This document shows positions 28,956 through 43,847 of a stretch of DNA of 64,000 bases, piece after piece. The stretch comes from the human T2T-CHM13v2.0 reference genome, Homo sapiens, in NCBI RefSeq assembly GCF_009914755.1, contig NC_060932.1; one strand, written 5' to 3'. The notes beneath the pieces were generated by a model. That model made no database searches. It was not told where the DNA came from and saw only the letters and a list, made by a program, of their open reading frames with translations. The position numbers and the translations under genes are program-made. Position 1 is the first letter of the stretch. The number at the start of each line of letters is the position of its first letter.

Positions 28956-30931
28956 AGCTTGTCATTGTTCAAGGTTAAAAAAGTGTAAAGGTCACATGTA
29001 ATCCCTGTGAACCAGTTGGTGGATGAATCATCATTGCATAAGTTCAACACTGGAAGAGATAAAGAACAATACAAGACAACAATTCAAGTTCACGGGCGGT
29101 GTGTGGTTAATTGCCAAACAGGCACAGTGGATGTCAAATGCACTAGGTTCAAAGAGAGAACACTGTGGGGTGGGCTGGGCTGATTTCAGATGGTATTATC
29201 CTTTGAAATATAAAAGCCACATGTGAACAAACACATATTGATGTCCTGGAATCTGAACTTCTTGCTTGTAATACGGAAAGCATGATTTAATTTTGATTTA
29301 CAAGAGGCTCTAATTTGACCCTGAAGTCATCATGATAATGTCATCTTCCCAGCTCATTCCCACGTGAATGAAATCTGCTGTTTTATCAGGCTCTGCATCC
29401 ACCAAGCCTTGAAGATGGGGCTGTGGTTTATCAGCAATAACATCTTTCCTTAGGTCTTGCAAAAGTCCCTCCAAGTCTGACTCTTGACTGAGCTTTCATA
29501 TTTTTTTTGCGGTTTTGTAATAAAGAGATTTGTTTTTATATGATCTGGTAGAGAACCAACTCTTGGTATTAATTTAGAAGGTTGCAGGCTGATTTGTGAA
29601 GCTCGGCCTGACATTCATATGATCTGAGCTTCTTTTTTCCCAACAGAAGCCCTGTTTACATTGGTTTTAGTTTCAACATACACTTGTTTATTTTTTTTTA
29701 CTGGTTTCTAACTTGTCTCCATTCTCTAGAATGTAAGCTTCATGAAAGCAAGGACCTTAACTGCTGTGTCCCCATTGTAACCTCAGCACCTATGAAAGGG
29801 CCTGACACAGCAGGTACTCAATACATATTTGTTGAATGAATGGCTGACTGTAGGGAGAAGGTCTGAAGGATAGTGGAGTTTATGGTTGCTTTTGAAAGCA
29901 CATAGGCCAGAAGTCTCTGACTTGCTATTTCAAAATCTCTCATGCTTGTAACTTGAGGGCAGGGGACATTTTTCTCCCCATCTTTTTATTTCCCTACATT
30001 GTTTGGCACCAGATGCTTGTTCATAGTAAATGCTGAGAGGACATCAACTAAAGAAATCAAAGAGAATTCTGGATCGTCCTTTGGCCATGGCAATGGAGAA
30101 GGAAGAGCAGGTGGGAGAGGACTGGTTTTAAAATGAGCAGACCTAGAGTGAAGTCCCAGTTCTCACTCACAGAACAACGTTGGCAAATCGCTGGACTTCT
30201 CAACCTCAGTGTATTCATCTGTATAATTGGCATATCAACAGCAGAAGGCCTTGTCCCAGGGCCACTGCAAGGACTTTATGCTCTTTCTGGGAAGCACTCT
30301 GTAAACAGTGAAATGTCTAGAAATGAGAGTCGTGGACTTTGGCCAAAGCAATCAGGAAAGGCTGGGGATTCCCATAGGGTGGTTGGCGATGTTCTTGGCC
30401 TTCAGACGGACATTGGACTCAGTCATAGGCTGAAACTGCTGGGTCCAGATTTGCAGGTCTTTTCCTCCATAAGCTCCTCTTGTCACCACCTTCCTTTGTC
30501 CCCTCCCTCCCCCACCTCCAGTCTCCCTTTATGCTGGCTCATCAGGCCTGTCTGAATTGCCAGATGAAATGCAACTCCATAGCCTGAGTTATCTAGAATT
30601 ACATTCCAAAAACATCTCTGCGTTTCCTCAGGGGAGGAAGGAAAACAGAGACCAGGGCATAAGAGGGCATAGAGTACCCTCTAGCCACATTCTACCTTTT
30701 CCTTTGTACAATTTGGCCTATGGTTTCCTAAAGAATTTCCCCCAACGATTGCCAGCCCTGTAGATGGAATCAGGAGTCTCCTATTGGGTATGATCTGAGG
30801 GGAGTTGGACGACCCTCCCCTAATCTCTCCTATTGGCCTGAAATTCTCAGACTACCTGAACTTTTGGTTTTGAAGCCAATATGTTTCCATTGAAGGTCAC
30901 AATTAGCCATTATCATCTGAGCTTCAATTCA

Positions 30932-31308
<377 letters not shown>

Positions 31309-31414
31309 AGAAAAGACAGAATCAAGACAGTACTGATCATGAAGACTATACCTTCAGGGATCGTTTCTATAGCTCGTTACTTGAAAAGTTTCTCTGAACA
31401 TGTAGATCACCGGC

Positions 31415-32636
31415 AGAAACTGGACCCCTTCCTTACACCTTATACAAAAATTGGCTCAAGATGGATTGAAGACTTAAATGTAAAACCCCAAACCATAAAA
31501 ACTCTAGAAGAAAACCTAGGCAATACCATTCAGTACATAGGCATAGGCAAAGACTTCATGACTAAAACAGCAAAAACAATTGCAACAAAAGCAAAAATTG
31601 ACAAATGGGATCTAATCAAACTAAAGAGCTTCTGCACAGCAATAGAAACTATCATCAGAGTGAACAGGCAACCTACAGAATGGGAGAAAACTTTTGTAAG
31701 CTACCCATCTGACAAAGGTCTAATATCCAGAATCTACAAGGAACTTAAACCAATTTACAAGAAAAAAACAACCCCATCAAAAAGTGGGCAAAGGATATGA
31801 ACTAACACTTCTCAAAAGAAAACATTTATGCAGCCAACAAACATGTGAAAACAAGCTCATCATCACTGGTCATTAGAGAAATGCAAACCAAAACCACAAT
31901 TAGATACCATCTCAATGCCAGTTAGAATGGCAATTATTAAAATGTCAGGAAACAACAGATGCTGGCGAGGCTCTGGAGAAATAGGAACATTTTTACACTG
32001 TTGGTGGGAGTGTAAATTAGTTCAACCATTGTGGAAGACAGAGTGGCAGTTCCTTGAGAACCTAGAACCAGAAATACCACTTGACCCAGCAATCCCATTA
32101 CTGGGTATATGCCCAGGATTATAAATCATTCTACTATAAAGACACATGCACACATATGTTTATTGCAGCACTATTTACAATAGCAAAGACTTGGAATCAA
32201 CCCAAATGCCCATCAATGATAGACTGGATAAAGAAAATATGGCACATATACACCATGGAATACCATGCAGCCATAAAAAAGGATGAGTTCATCTCCTTTG
32301 CAGGGACATGGATGAAGCCGGAAGACATCATTCTCAGCAAACTAACATGGGAAAAGAAAACCAAACACTGCATGTTCTCACTCAGAAGTGGGAGTTGAAC
32401 AATGAGAACACATGGAAACAGGGAGGGGAAACATCACACACCAGGGCCTGTCAGGGGCATGAGGGGCAAAGGGAGGGAGAGCATTAGGACAAATACCTAA
32501 TGCATTTGGGGCTTAAAACCTAGATGACGAGTTGATAGGTGCAGCAAACCACCATGGCGCGTGTATACTTATGTAACAAACCTGCACATTCTGCACATGT
32601 ATCCCAGAGCTTAAAGTAAAATTAAAAAAAAAAAAA
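31415..32636 (+). mobile_element. 5'-truncated L1PA (about PA7-PA10): disrupted ORF2 C-terminus, 3'UTR and poly(A)
   Basis: Translations [42 protein letters not shown] and MFIAALFTIAKTWNQPKCP match L1 ORF2p; frameshifted. Confidence 0.96.
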
Positions 32637-33290
32637 GGACATCATGGAAGGAGATCCAGGGTAGCTGAGGGTATAAGGGACCTCAAGAACTGAGCCAAGG
32701 GGGAGGATAGAAACATTGAGCTAGGGGAGTGGGAGACAGGAGAGGAGGTACTTATAAACTGACTGCATCCCAGATCTGCCTAGAGTGACTCTGGTCTGCC
32801 TTTTCAATTTTAAGCCTCAATGAACTGGTTCATTATTAATTAATTGTTATTAATTAGCATTAGTGGAAGTATAGTAACTTTTATTTAAATTTTAAGGTAC
32901 TCTTTATTTTTTCAAAATAAAATAGTCCTGTTGATTTGTCAGGTTCTCATAATAATGTCATTATAATTTTATCTACTTTCATTATAAGACAATCCAGAGG
33001 AGACTGTGATCTCCCAGATAAATAGCCTCTGGGCTCTGCCTCATGTTCCCTCCCCATGCGTGCAGTCCTGCCCCTGCCCTGTTCTTTCCTTGGGCTTTTC
33101 CTCTCCCTGGACTGCTTTCACTCTCCAGCTGTACCTGTTGGAATCCTTCAGAGCTGAGCCCACTCTTTATCAGCCCGGGAAAATTCTCATGATTTCTGTG
33201 CCACGTCCTGAGGTCCTGAGCAGCACTTACTCATTTGCTTTCTCATGCACCCTCATGTCTGTCCCGTGGCACAGAGTTAAGGGTAAACTG

Positions 33291-33670
<380 letters not shown>

Positions 33671-34717
33671 TAGACCCCAATTGGTGCTTAATAATATCTG
33701 TTTCATTAAGTTGTAGGCAGGGGTGCATAATGGATTTCTATAGTCACTCCAGATGCCTCAGAAAGAAAATACCCACCTCCCTGACTGATGCCTGAAACCC
33801 CCCTCATCATCTGTCTAAGGTTTTCATTCATTTCAAAGGTGATGCTTGCCAGAAGTACTATAAGGTTGCAGTCTCCTGGGAATGTCTGAATTCTAGGTCA
33901 AACATCCTAACCACAGAAATCCAAAGTGTTCCATATTGAAATAGATGCTATTTACCTAAAATTACACATTGTGTTCCATATTCCATACACTACACGAAGA
34001 GGTCACATGATGTAGTAACCAATCAAGCTTGGGCTCTGACCAGTTTGCCTGGGTTCTGATTTGAACTGATTTATTTCCTGATTAAATGGATGAATATTCA
34101 TTAAATGTGTGGAGCTGTACTGGGCATGTGGTTAGTGCTCAGCAAGGATGGTTGTTATTGTCAGATTATTATTGCTCTTATCCATCTAATCTGAATACGA
34201 CTCTATCCCTTTGGGCAGCCGCTTCTCTTGCTGTATACCCACTATGGGACCAAATTCAGCACTTTACTGTATTCCTCCTTAAATCAAATTGAATGCCAAA
34301 AGTTTTCATGAGAAATGCAGACTTTACTGAAGATTTCTTAAGGAAATCTGGAGTAGCAGATTTAACACGGTGTCACACAGCAAAACTGACCCAAAAAATC
34401 CCTTTTAAGGCATCTCTGTTCTTTCCCCAAAGTTCCTCTGTCAACATTAGCAACCTCATCACTCCTCCCTCCCCAAATATTCTCCCACCCCTTTTGGTAG
34501 TTTCTCCAGAAATCCAGACATATCTTCTCTGGGATTCACCCTCCTTGGAAGGTAGGGAGAATAGAGTACAAATAATCATTTCCCCTCTCACATTTAGAAT
34601 GTTAATTAACAGAAAGTGCTATTTATTATATATGTCAAAAATTAAATGTGAATGCCAGATACTCAGAATTTCTGGATGACCCCAGCCTGCAAAACTCATT
34701 CAGGTTACCTGCTGGGG

Positions 34718-34922
34718 CCAGTGGTGTGCTGGAGATGATTCACAAGAGCTCACGAGAGCCAATCATGTGCATCTCTTCCCAGCTCTGCTTTCAGTGATGT
34801 CATGTTAGTAACTTGAAATCTGCCATGATGGGAATATTTACACCCCTGTAATTGGCAAAAGCTGCAAACCAGGGCTTTCCTCTCCCTAGAGAGTGGGCTG
34901 TTAGATATTTATCAGCACACTG
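34718..34922. mobile_element. MER63A-like hAT MITE
   Basis: Terminal inverted repeats ccagtggtgtgctgg ... tcagcacactg; internal gctcacgagagccaat. Confidence 0.8.
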
Positions 34923-35406
34923 TTGCTGTGGCCACTAACACTACATCTTTCACTGTCCTGCAAGACCCCAAAAGTACAATTGCATGACTTTCTGTCCCCC
35001 AAATTCTTGGCATTCTGTGGCAAGCATTGAGAGTAAGTGGCTAGGAGAATTGTTCTCAGTTCTTTGAGCTCTATGCCAGCCCAGCAGTCTTTCTCTTTCT
35101 CTTTCTCTTCCTTGGCCTTACCACTGTTTGTTTTACTTGGAATCTGAGCTCTTTCCTAGTTGGTGAGCCTAGATCATACCTCAGGCTGTTTCAGGGTCAC
35201 TTTCTCTCTTTTTTTTTTTTTTTGGCCTAAGGTCCCAGCATGCTATATGGCAGGGGCCTTATCAGTTATGATACAGACTGTGTAAGATTCAATCACAGGA
35301 ATTTGTCGCTCCATGATGCTGGGGAAGTTGCGTGACTACAAGGATCAGTATTTCTATGAAGTCAGGGTTTCTGCCACAAGCTAGGCTCTCACTGCAGTTC
35401 AGTAGT

Positions 35407-35515
35407 CAGTGATTCTCCACCATGGCTGCACAGTTAAGTCACCTGAGGAGTTCAGAAACTCCCAGTGCCCAAGCTACATCCCAACCAATTAAATCAGATG
35501 AGGCCCAGGTATCAT
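35407..35515. mobile_element. MER5B-like fragment
   Basis: cagtgattctc...ggctgcac...tcacctgaggag...ccaattaaatcaga. Confidence 0.6.
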
Positions 35516-35699
35516 CTTGCCTCTTAAGGTCTAGATAAGATTGACTTGGATTCCCATTCCTCAGTTTGTGGAAGGCCCAGTATTCTCCCAGTGGATGATT
35601 CATTTTGCATTTTGTGGTCACCTCTGCCCCTGAAATCCTGCCTCTGCTGCACTGGTTTGGTTTAGGATTCATCTTATCAGCCCATGGATGCTTCTCTGT

Positions 35700-35985
35700 T
35701 TCCTAAATCCATCCAGATGTCACTCCCTCAGGAAAGCCTTCCTTAATTCTCCAGACTAGATCAGGTCTTTCTGTTAGATGTATTTTTAAGTCACCCTGTA
35801 CTTTTCTTTCATAGCAGTTAAACCTATTTGTGATTATGTATTTAGTTTTGTGAGTATTTGGTTAATTAGGTTGTATGCTCCATGCAGACGTGGATTGTAT
35901 CTATTTTTTCACACCACTTAGACCAAGTGCTTTAAAAACTCATGCTTGGCACATATTAGGTGCTTGGTGGATAATTGCTGAACAC
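35700..35985 (+). mobile_element. L2 3' end
   Basis: gtcactccctcaggaaagccttcc ... ggcacatattaggtgc...tgctgaa. Confidence 0.65.
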
Positions 35986-36784
35986 CAAGGAGGTACCTGT
36001 GGGAAGGGATGAGGCTGGGCCTTAGAACGAAGCTGCAACCAGGAATGAAACAACTGACTCTGACATCTTATACACGTTTCTGGTTCTTTTTTCACTTTCT
36101 GTAGACCAGCCTTCTATGCTTCCCAGACTACTTTGTAGGTGAGAGAAGCCACCACACAGCTCCTTAGTTTACATCACTTCCATTTAAGAGACCAGCTCGG
36201 GCCAAACCAGACCCTTGTTGCACCAGTTGCTAGGTAGGAGAATATGATGGTCTCAGATTGGTTCAGGTATCCAGCTTTGGTCCAATTAGTACTGTGGAGA
36301 GAACAGGAAATGAGGCAAAAATATAGATGCCAAGAGCCCTTGTGAGTAAGGGGTACAGCTAAGGAGTCATAGTAAATGGGCAAATTCCCCAAAATATTTT
36401 CACTGTAGCCTATACAGAACCACTATCAAAATTAGAAATTGCCCTATGAGTGGTGATAAAGAGCGGGGAGAATAAGAGAGAAGAGACAGGTGGGCCCAGG
36501 GAGCTGAGTGAAAGCAAGGAGCCCCCGCTAGTCAACAGGGGGATAGGTTGGTAGCTTGGCTCCCTGGATCTGATTTTTAGGCTCTAATCCCAAGGGCCTG
36601 GAAAGGCCAAATATTCCCAAGACCGATTTCCTGGCTGCCTCTAAGCTTCTCATGCCAGCAGAGGGGAGAAAATCAAATGGACTGGTGCCATTTTGCAGAA
36701 AGAAGCTGGCTGGCTCTGGAATGGGCTGGCGTTATTCAGACCTCACCCGACTAACATGAAACTGTCAACAGTGGGGGAGGGTAG

Positions 36785-36788
<4 letters not shown>

Positions 36789-36832
<44 letters not shown>
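36789..36832. repeat. Perfect (GA)n microsatellite, about 22 units
   Basis: Directly visible. Confidence 0.97.
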
Positions 36833-36834
<2 letters not shown>

Positions 36835-36959
36835 CATAAGAGGCCTGAAACTCTTAAGGACAGAATCAGCTATAGAATAATCATCCTGGGCAGTGAACTC
36901 CCTTCCGCGGGGTGAGCTCTGAAGCTCCGAGAGAGCAGGGATCTGGTCCTGTTCATGAT

Positions 36960-37360
36960 TTTGTAAATAACAACTTATCAAGTGCCTGTTGAGGTCAGAA
37001 GATATAACAGTGAATAAGACCTAGCCTCTGCCATCATGGAACAGAGTCTAGTGGGGGAGACAGAACACAATCCTGCCATTACAGGACAATGTGGTTGGTG
37101 GATGCTCCAAGAGAGGCATTGGTGCCAAGGAGGCACATGGATGTGGTACCAACCCATGAATGCCAGAGAAGGCTTCCTGGAGGAGGTGATACTTAAGTTG
37201 GGACAAAATGAATAGGATTTGCCAAGTGGATGAAGGTCATGGTAGGGAGAAGTGTGGGGAATAGGATTTCAGGCAGAGGGAATGGTATTTACAGAAGCCT
37301 ACAGATGAAAAGGGTGTGGTGTGTTGTCCAGGAACTACAAGTTGTTCAAAAGTCTGGAGC
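36960..37360 (-). mobile_element. L2 fragment
   Basis: cagtgaataagac...gtctagtgggggagacaga...agaaggcttcctggaggaggtga. Confidence 0.7.
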
Positions 37361-38624
37361 ATTGACCGCTGGGACTTGGTGGTTGTGTTGTGCAAATTGT
37401 GCTATTCTGTCTTTGGTTTGTGGATGGGAACCTGTTTCCCACGAGTGGAAGGCATCCCCGAATATCACGGGCTTTGACTTCTATGAGAGCAGGGCACGAA
37501 GGAGTCACAACGTCTCTGTTAACCTCTTCAGGCTTGGTTGTCTCCTCTGTAAACCAGCTGGGACAAGGAATGTGAAAGCAATTTGCAGGTAGAAGAGGGT
37601 GTCATACTTCTCTTGGGTTCTGCTGTAGCTCTGTGTTTGAGGCTGTACTATCAACACTCTTTGGATTATTGAATTGTTGATTTGACCAGAGTTGCTTTCC
37701 AGAGCTGCACCCCAACGTCCTGCCCTGTATGTAGATGGCCTGCCCCACCAGTGCCCCGATGGTGATAATTCCTTGGCCTCCTGTCCATCCCCACACCCTG
37801 CCAAAAAATACTTCTGACACTTCTGAAAGCCTAGGTACACTGGAGCAGGCTTTCTTTGGGCTTGGGAATGTTCCCATTGTGACATCTGTGGCTCCATGGA
37901 TGGCCAGGGTGGATTGCTAGGCAGGTGTCCCCTCTCTGTCATACTGTTTTGTTCACGCCACCTCTTAAGCTGCAGCACAAGTGTAGAAGGAGCCAAGGTG
38001 GAAGAAGACAACCTTCTCACCTAGAAGAGGTGTAGTCTTCAGTGGAGGCTGCCTGAGTAGTTGGGTTCCTTGCAAGAATCCCATAATCTGCCTGGGCCCC
38101 AGTTTCTTTATTCATAACACGTAGAGATTAGACAGATGCTCTTTGACTTCTTTGCCCACATGCTGCCTAAGAGTCCTGGCAGAGGTGGCGGCACGGGCAT
38201 TAGGAGGGGGTACATGGGTAGAATGAGCTGACGGGGAGGCTATGGGCAGGCCAGGGCAGAAAATTCAAGTCACTAGGACCCAGCTAATTGAGGGAACTGG
38301 GCAAGCTGGCTGCCCCTTTTAGTGGGGCCTGAGCTCTCCAGCTTCCACAGTCACCTCCACAGTCCTCCCATGGCTCCTTTGTTCCATTGGCCCCTATGAT
38401 CGAGGGCATACAATGAACTCTCCAGCCTTAATTCCCTCCCTGATACCCTTGACATTCCCTCTCCCAACTTACCCATGACCTGACTCAGGGACCTCTTCCA
38501 CCCTCTCTGAGTCATCATGGTTGCCTACATCTGTTGAGTAATTTACATTTGCGGTGTCTGGTCCTGTACTCATATTTTCCACACTTTATCTCATGAAATC
38601 CTTATGAAATACCATCTGAAGCAG

Positions 38625-38940
38625 GTTCTGCCTGGAACGTGCTTCTCCTCGTCTTCATGTGGCTGGTTTGTTCCCACCATTCATGCATCAGCTCAATTAT
38701 TTCTTCTAACATTTCACCGCCACCTCCCCCCGGCCCCCCACCGCCCATCACTTTCTATCTCTAAATAGCATCTGTTAAGGAAATGATCCTATTTATTTTT
38801 TGTTTGTCACTCTCTCCAGAATGTAAACTCCCCAACAGCAGGGACGTTTTCTGTTTTTCTCACCACTGCCCTTCCCCTCCTCTAGCACCCAGAAGGGTGT
38901 CTGGCATATGCTAGGTGTTCATAAACATGTGTTGAATAAA
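38625..38940 (+). mobile_element. L2 3' end
   Basis: tctgcctggaacgtgctt ... agaatgtaaactcc...cagggac ... tgttgaataaa. Confidence 0.7.
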
Positions 38941-40414
38941 GTAGTGCTGTTATCACCATGTCAGATATGAGAAAACTGAAGCACAGAGAGGCTAAGTAAC
39001 TTGCAGCTAATATAATGGCAGAGCTGGGGTTCAAACCCAAGTTGCATGTCTCCAAAATAAACACCTTGAACGCTGATACTATGCTGGCCTTGAATGCTGA
39101 TACTATGCTGGCCTCGTGGTGGTGCGACCTTTGCTTGCTTGATTTCTCTTACTAGGCTGAAGTAGGCTGGATTATTTTTCTGCTCTGGCAATGCCACCTA
39201 ACTGGTGCTGGACCTTGCTTTTCTTGACGTGGAACATGATTTCTGGGAACTGTGCCTCTTACTTCTCCCTGCCTCCCCTCTGTGTAAATAGTCCCTGGTG
39301 AGCCTGAGTGCTTTTTTCTCATGGGCCTGGAAACTACAGGAACCAACACCCTATTTCTCTCTCCACAAGCCTGACTTTCAAGAGGGCTTCAAATTTATCA
39401 TCACTTTGGGTCTTTGATATCATGGCACTGAGGGTGAATACCAGGATTGAGATTTGATTCCTTGAAAAAGACTCTGGAGGGAAGAAGTAAAATTCCAGAG
39501 CCCATTTTCTTGGTCATTTTTAAAGAGAAGTGTAAAAGAAACTCTCTACGGATGAAAGTACGACCAAATCACATATAGAATTGGATAAGGAAAGCAAGAG
39601 CAAAACACAAAATTCCATCCCAGTTTGGGGAAGAATCGGAGGGAAAGGGATGTGTCTAGTTCTGTCTTTCTCAGATTTTGTAGCTTTGGCATTTAACTAA
39701 TGAAGGTATTGAAAGAGGGGAGCTGGGAATGAGGAAAAAATATAGGCTTCCAAAAGATACCGAAAAGAGGTACATGAAGACCCGACTTCACCCTCACAGT
39801 GTTTGTGTCTCAGAAAATACTAAGCTAATCCCAGCACTGTGGGATCCTATGCTATAACTTCAAAAGACAAATACAGGTCAATCAAAATGTCTTGATCTCC
39901 CCCAAACCCCATGTTTTTTTTCTTTATCTTACACATCCATAAGTCCTTTGTCCCCTGCAAAAGTCAGTCTTGATAAATGCTTTGAGTCATTACTGAAATA
40001 TACTTCTATATTTAAAATTTTCTCCCACATTGAAACATGAAATCCCTTAAATAAGAGAAGATAAAATCCCAAGGAAGTCTGATTCAGAAATAGAGGCTCC
40101 CACGCTTTTTTCTGTCCTTATGTCTTTCCTTCTAAGAGAAATTTCTTTAAAAAATAATCTCAGGAGGCTATATTGCCTGAAACCAAAACAAGCAGCTCAG
40201 TCGTCTTCACTGGAATTCTGCCGAGGAGACAGCTAAGGTCTAGCGCGTCATTCCCTTGTTGATGCTGCTGGAGTTAGCTGGAGCAAAAGCAGCAAGACAT
40301 TCAGTACAAGAGACTGTAAAAGGGCTCTTCTTTGTCCTGGGAGTGTGTATAATACACTCGATGAGATCAGATACACGCAGGAGGCATCACAGAGATAGAT
40401 GGTTCCCCAAGTAA

Positions 40415-40699
<285 letters not shown>

Positions 40700-41386
40700 C
40701 CCCAGATTTTTTTCAACCTTTTTCAATCTCATGGAAATAATCTCCTCAGATGAGATGAAAGAAGAGTGGGAACTTGTCTATTCTTTATATCTGGGAATGT
40801 GCCTGGGAGTGCATGAAGCCACAGGATAAACTTACGTGCCTTCCCAAAGTTTATGACGTAAAACTTGGGAAATTTATTTGTTTTTTGTTAAGATAAATAT
40901 ATAGGTATAATACAGAGCAGAAAGCAAAATCAGGTGGATTTTTAAGGTGAAACACAACTTTAAGGAAGTGATGTGCTTGCGATGGGGCATTTGGGGCTCT
41001 GCCCCCTCAGAGGTCACATGGGTGATCCTTTGCCATTTGAGGCCATTGGTATGTTTGAGAAGCATTGAGACAATCAACAACATTGGTGTCTTTGGAAAAA
41101 AGTGACAAACAGAAGGGGAAGAATTAGTGTGGGCCAGAGAGGAGAAAGCTGGTTGTGCCTAACCAAGGTTTTGTCCAAAGGCAGGGATTTCTCTGGAATG
41201 AGGGGGGTGCTTTAGGCTATCACAGCCCAAGACCATCAAATATTTAAATCATATTTTTAATAAAGACTGCCTTTGTTCTGACTTCCTGTTCTTTTGGCAA
41301 CCTTCTATTGTGATTTGGTCATCCACGTAGTTTTCCAGCAGTGACAGCATTTGGTCTTCTTGGCGGTTGTATTGCTCACTGTAAAT

Positions 41387-41609
41387 CAGTGGTCCTTAAT
41401 TGGGGGCCATGTTGGCAATGTCCTTGCCATTCAGCAATGTCTGGAGACTTTTGTTTGTCAAACTGGAGGAGGGATGTGACACTGGCGTCTGGTGGGTAGA
41501 GGCCAGGGATGCTGATAAACATCTTACAATGCACAGGGTGCCCCTTCCCCACTCCAACAACGAATTCTCCAGCCCAAAATGTCAGTAGCACTGAGGTTGA
41601 GAAACCCTA
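41387..41609. mobile_element. MER20 (hAT-Charlie) full-length element
   Basis: gggtagaggccagggatgctg...tgcacagg...gaggttgagaaaccct; perfect 8-bp TSD ctgtaaat at 41379-41386 and 41610-41617. Confidence 0.92.
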
Positions 41610-41989
41610 CTGTAAATGACAAATGGATATCCCAGTATGTCCATCAGTCTCTTTCGAGTTTAGTTTGCATTTACTGCCGAGAGACCAAACCGCTCTTGGA
41701 GAATGATGCAATCAAGTCTCGGCCTGTCAGGCTGATGAGCAGCATCTGGACTCTGCCAAATTCCCTGATTACAGCTCATGACCGCTAGTGTGCCTCCCTC
41801 AAATTGAAAATTCTTTCAACTTTCTATTGTCATATTTTAAAATGTTTTAACTTTCTCTCACTTTAAAAAAATTCCGTAAGTAAAACATAAATACACATTG
41901 TAGAATTTTAGATAACAAAGGATAGGCAATCACTCTTGTATATTTGCATTCACACAAACACATATAAAGAAAAACATAAATAAGACCAT

Positions 41990-42500
41990 ATTCTGTATTT
42001 TTTATCATACTTGCATTCTTCAATGATCAGATGTCCATGACAAGACAAAGAGATCTACCTCATTTTTAAAAGCTGCTGCCCATGATATTCACTAGTATGG
42101 ATACATTATAGTTGATTTAATAATTTATTGATGGGCATTTAGGTTATTCATAATTTTCTGCTATTGTGAACATCTGTGCGAGTATCTTAGTCCATATATC
42201 CTTATGCATGTGTATAAATGCGTCTGTAAGGCAAAGTTGTGGGTTAAAGAATTAGCATTTAAATTTTTAACAGAGGCTTCCAATTGCCCTACCAAACAGC
42301 AATGTCAGTTTATTCTCCAACCAGCAGGGAATGAGGGTCCATTTTCTCAGATCCTCAACAACACCAGATTTTCCCAGTCTAAAAATTTTGCCTATCTGAT
42401 GAGTAAAAAATGGAAGCACCAGATCGATGTTTTACTGGTTATTAGGGGGTTTCCACGACTTTTTACATCCATAAGGCTATTTGTATTCCTCTTGTTTTCA
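41990..42500 (-). mobile_element. L1ME-type fragment
   Basis: ttgatgggcatttaggtt...ttccaattgccc...aaaaattttgcctatctgatgag. Confidence 0.7.
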
Positions 42501-43847
42501 AAAGCCCTCATTTCACGAGAAAGAATAGGACAGCTAAGGCTTAGCACGTCATTCTCTTGTTGATGCTGCTGGAGTTAGCTGGAGCAAAAGCAGCGAGGCA
42601 CTCAGTGAGGATCTAGGTTCTAGGAGACTCAAATTACTTGTCAGCCCAGACTTCCAGGTATCTAGGCTCTAGGAAACTAAAAATGTCCTCTAGACCTCTG
42701 GCCCCTAAGGTAAACCCAGCTCCACTGAAGCAGAGGCAGGCAAAGGATTTCTCTTTGTGTTTGAACTCCTGGGCTCTGATTTGACCTACCCTGGCTGGAG
42801 CAGGATGATGAGTGGGGAGAGTTTTTCGGGTCCCATACTTTTGGAAAATGGAAGTAATTTCAAATTCTGTGCCTTTCAGAACACAGCCACCACCACCCTC
42901 CACCCCAGTGGAAGAGATCACACCTGTAAATTTGTGCTTCTTTCTGCATAGCCTTGAGTAAATTGTCCTTTACTTGAATTTTGCCACTTACTGCATTTGT
43001 GTTGTCATATAGTTAGTCATTTCCATTTTTGTCCCTAATCTTAATCTGAAGCCCTGGGAGTTACTCATTCCTGCACCTCAAGTCTTAGCACTGTGTCTTC
43101 TCCTGTAGCTCAATAAATGTTGGTGAAAGGGGTGTTTCTCTTCACCTACAGTGGAAAGATCTTTGACTAGAAGGTCTCAGAGCCACTTCTTGATGGTCAT
43201 CACCTTCACCATGACAAGACTCAGGACAGCAATCTTTTGATAGCAGACTGGCCAAATTCCTGGTAGGCCAAGTCATTAGATAGAAATTTCAGTGGGTTCC
43301 CATTTTCCAACCCTGGAAAAGTGACAAGAGGACTATTTTTTTGGTTTTGATTTGTTTTGCTTTGCCCCAGAATAAAATCTAATCCAAAATATTTTTTTTT
43401 GTCAGACTGTTGCCAACAAACAAAATTCCACCACTAGGCATTCCTGTTCTTGGCTTGATAAAAATAATTTCCCTTCATTAAAATAATATAGTTTACTTGA
43501 CCATTTACCCAGCTCCTAGTAATGATTCCATCCTGCTTCTTCTTGGTAGACTTTTTAAAATTAAAAAACATTTTAAGGGAAGGGCATTTGGCACTTTAAA
43601 AAGTTCCTTTCAAAAAGCTAAAAATAATGATCAAGGATCACAGACAGTGAGACAGATACTTAAGGTGAAAAAATAAAAAGCACTGTGGCTGGGAGACATG
43701 AAGGCATGAGGTTTTAGAGCCATTAATTTTGTGAGTCACAAAACAGAATCTCAAGACGGTGAGAGTAGAAACTCAAGAGTGGTGTTTTTGGGGGACAGTA
43801 AGAGCCATCATTCCTTTGAAGACCCAGTTGAGGGTATGAGATGGAAC

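Noticed and set aside
31339-32398. ORFs with reverse-transcriptase-protein C-terminal similarity as a CDS
   Set aside because: Frameshifted fragments of a truncated L1 ORF2
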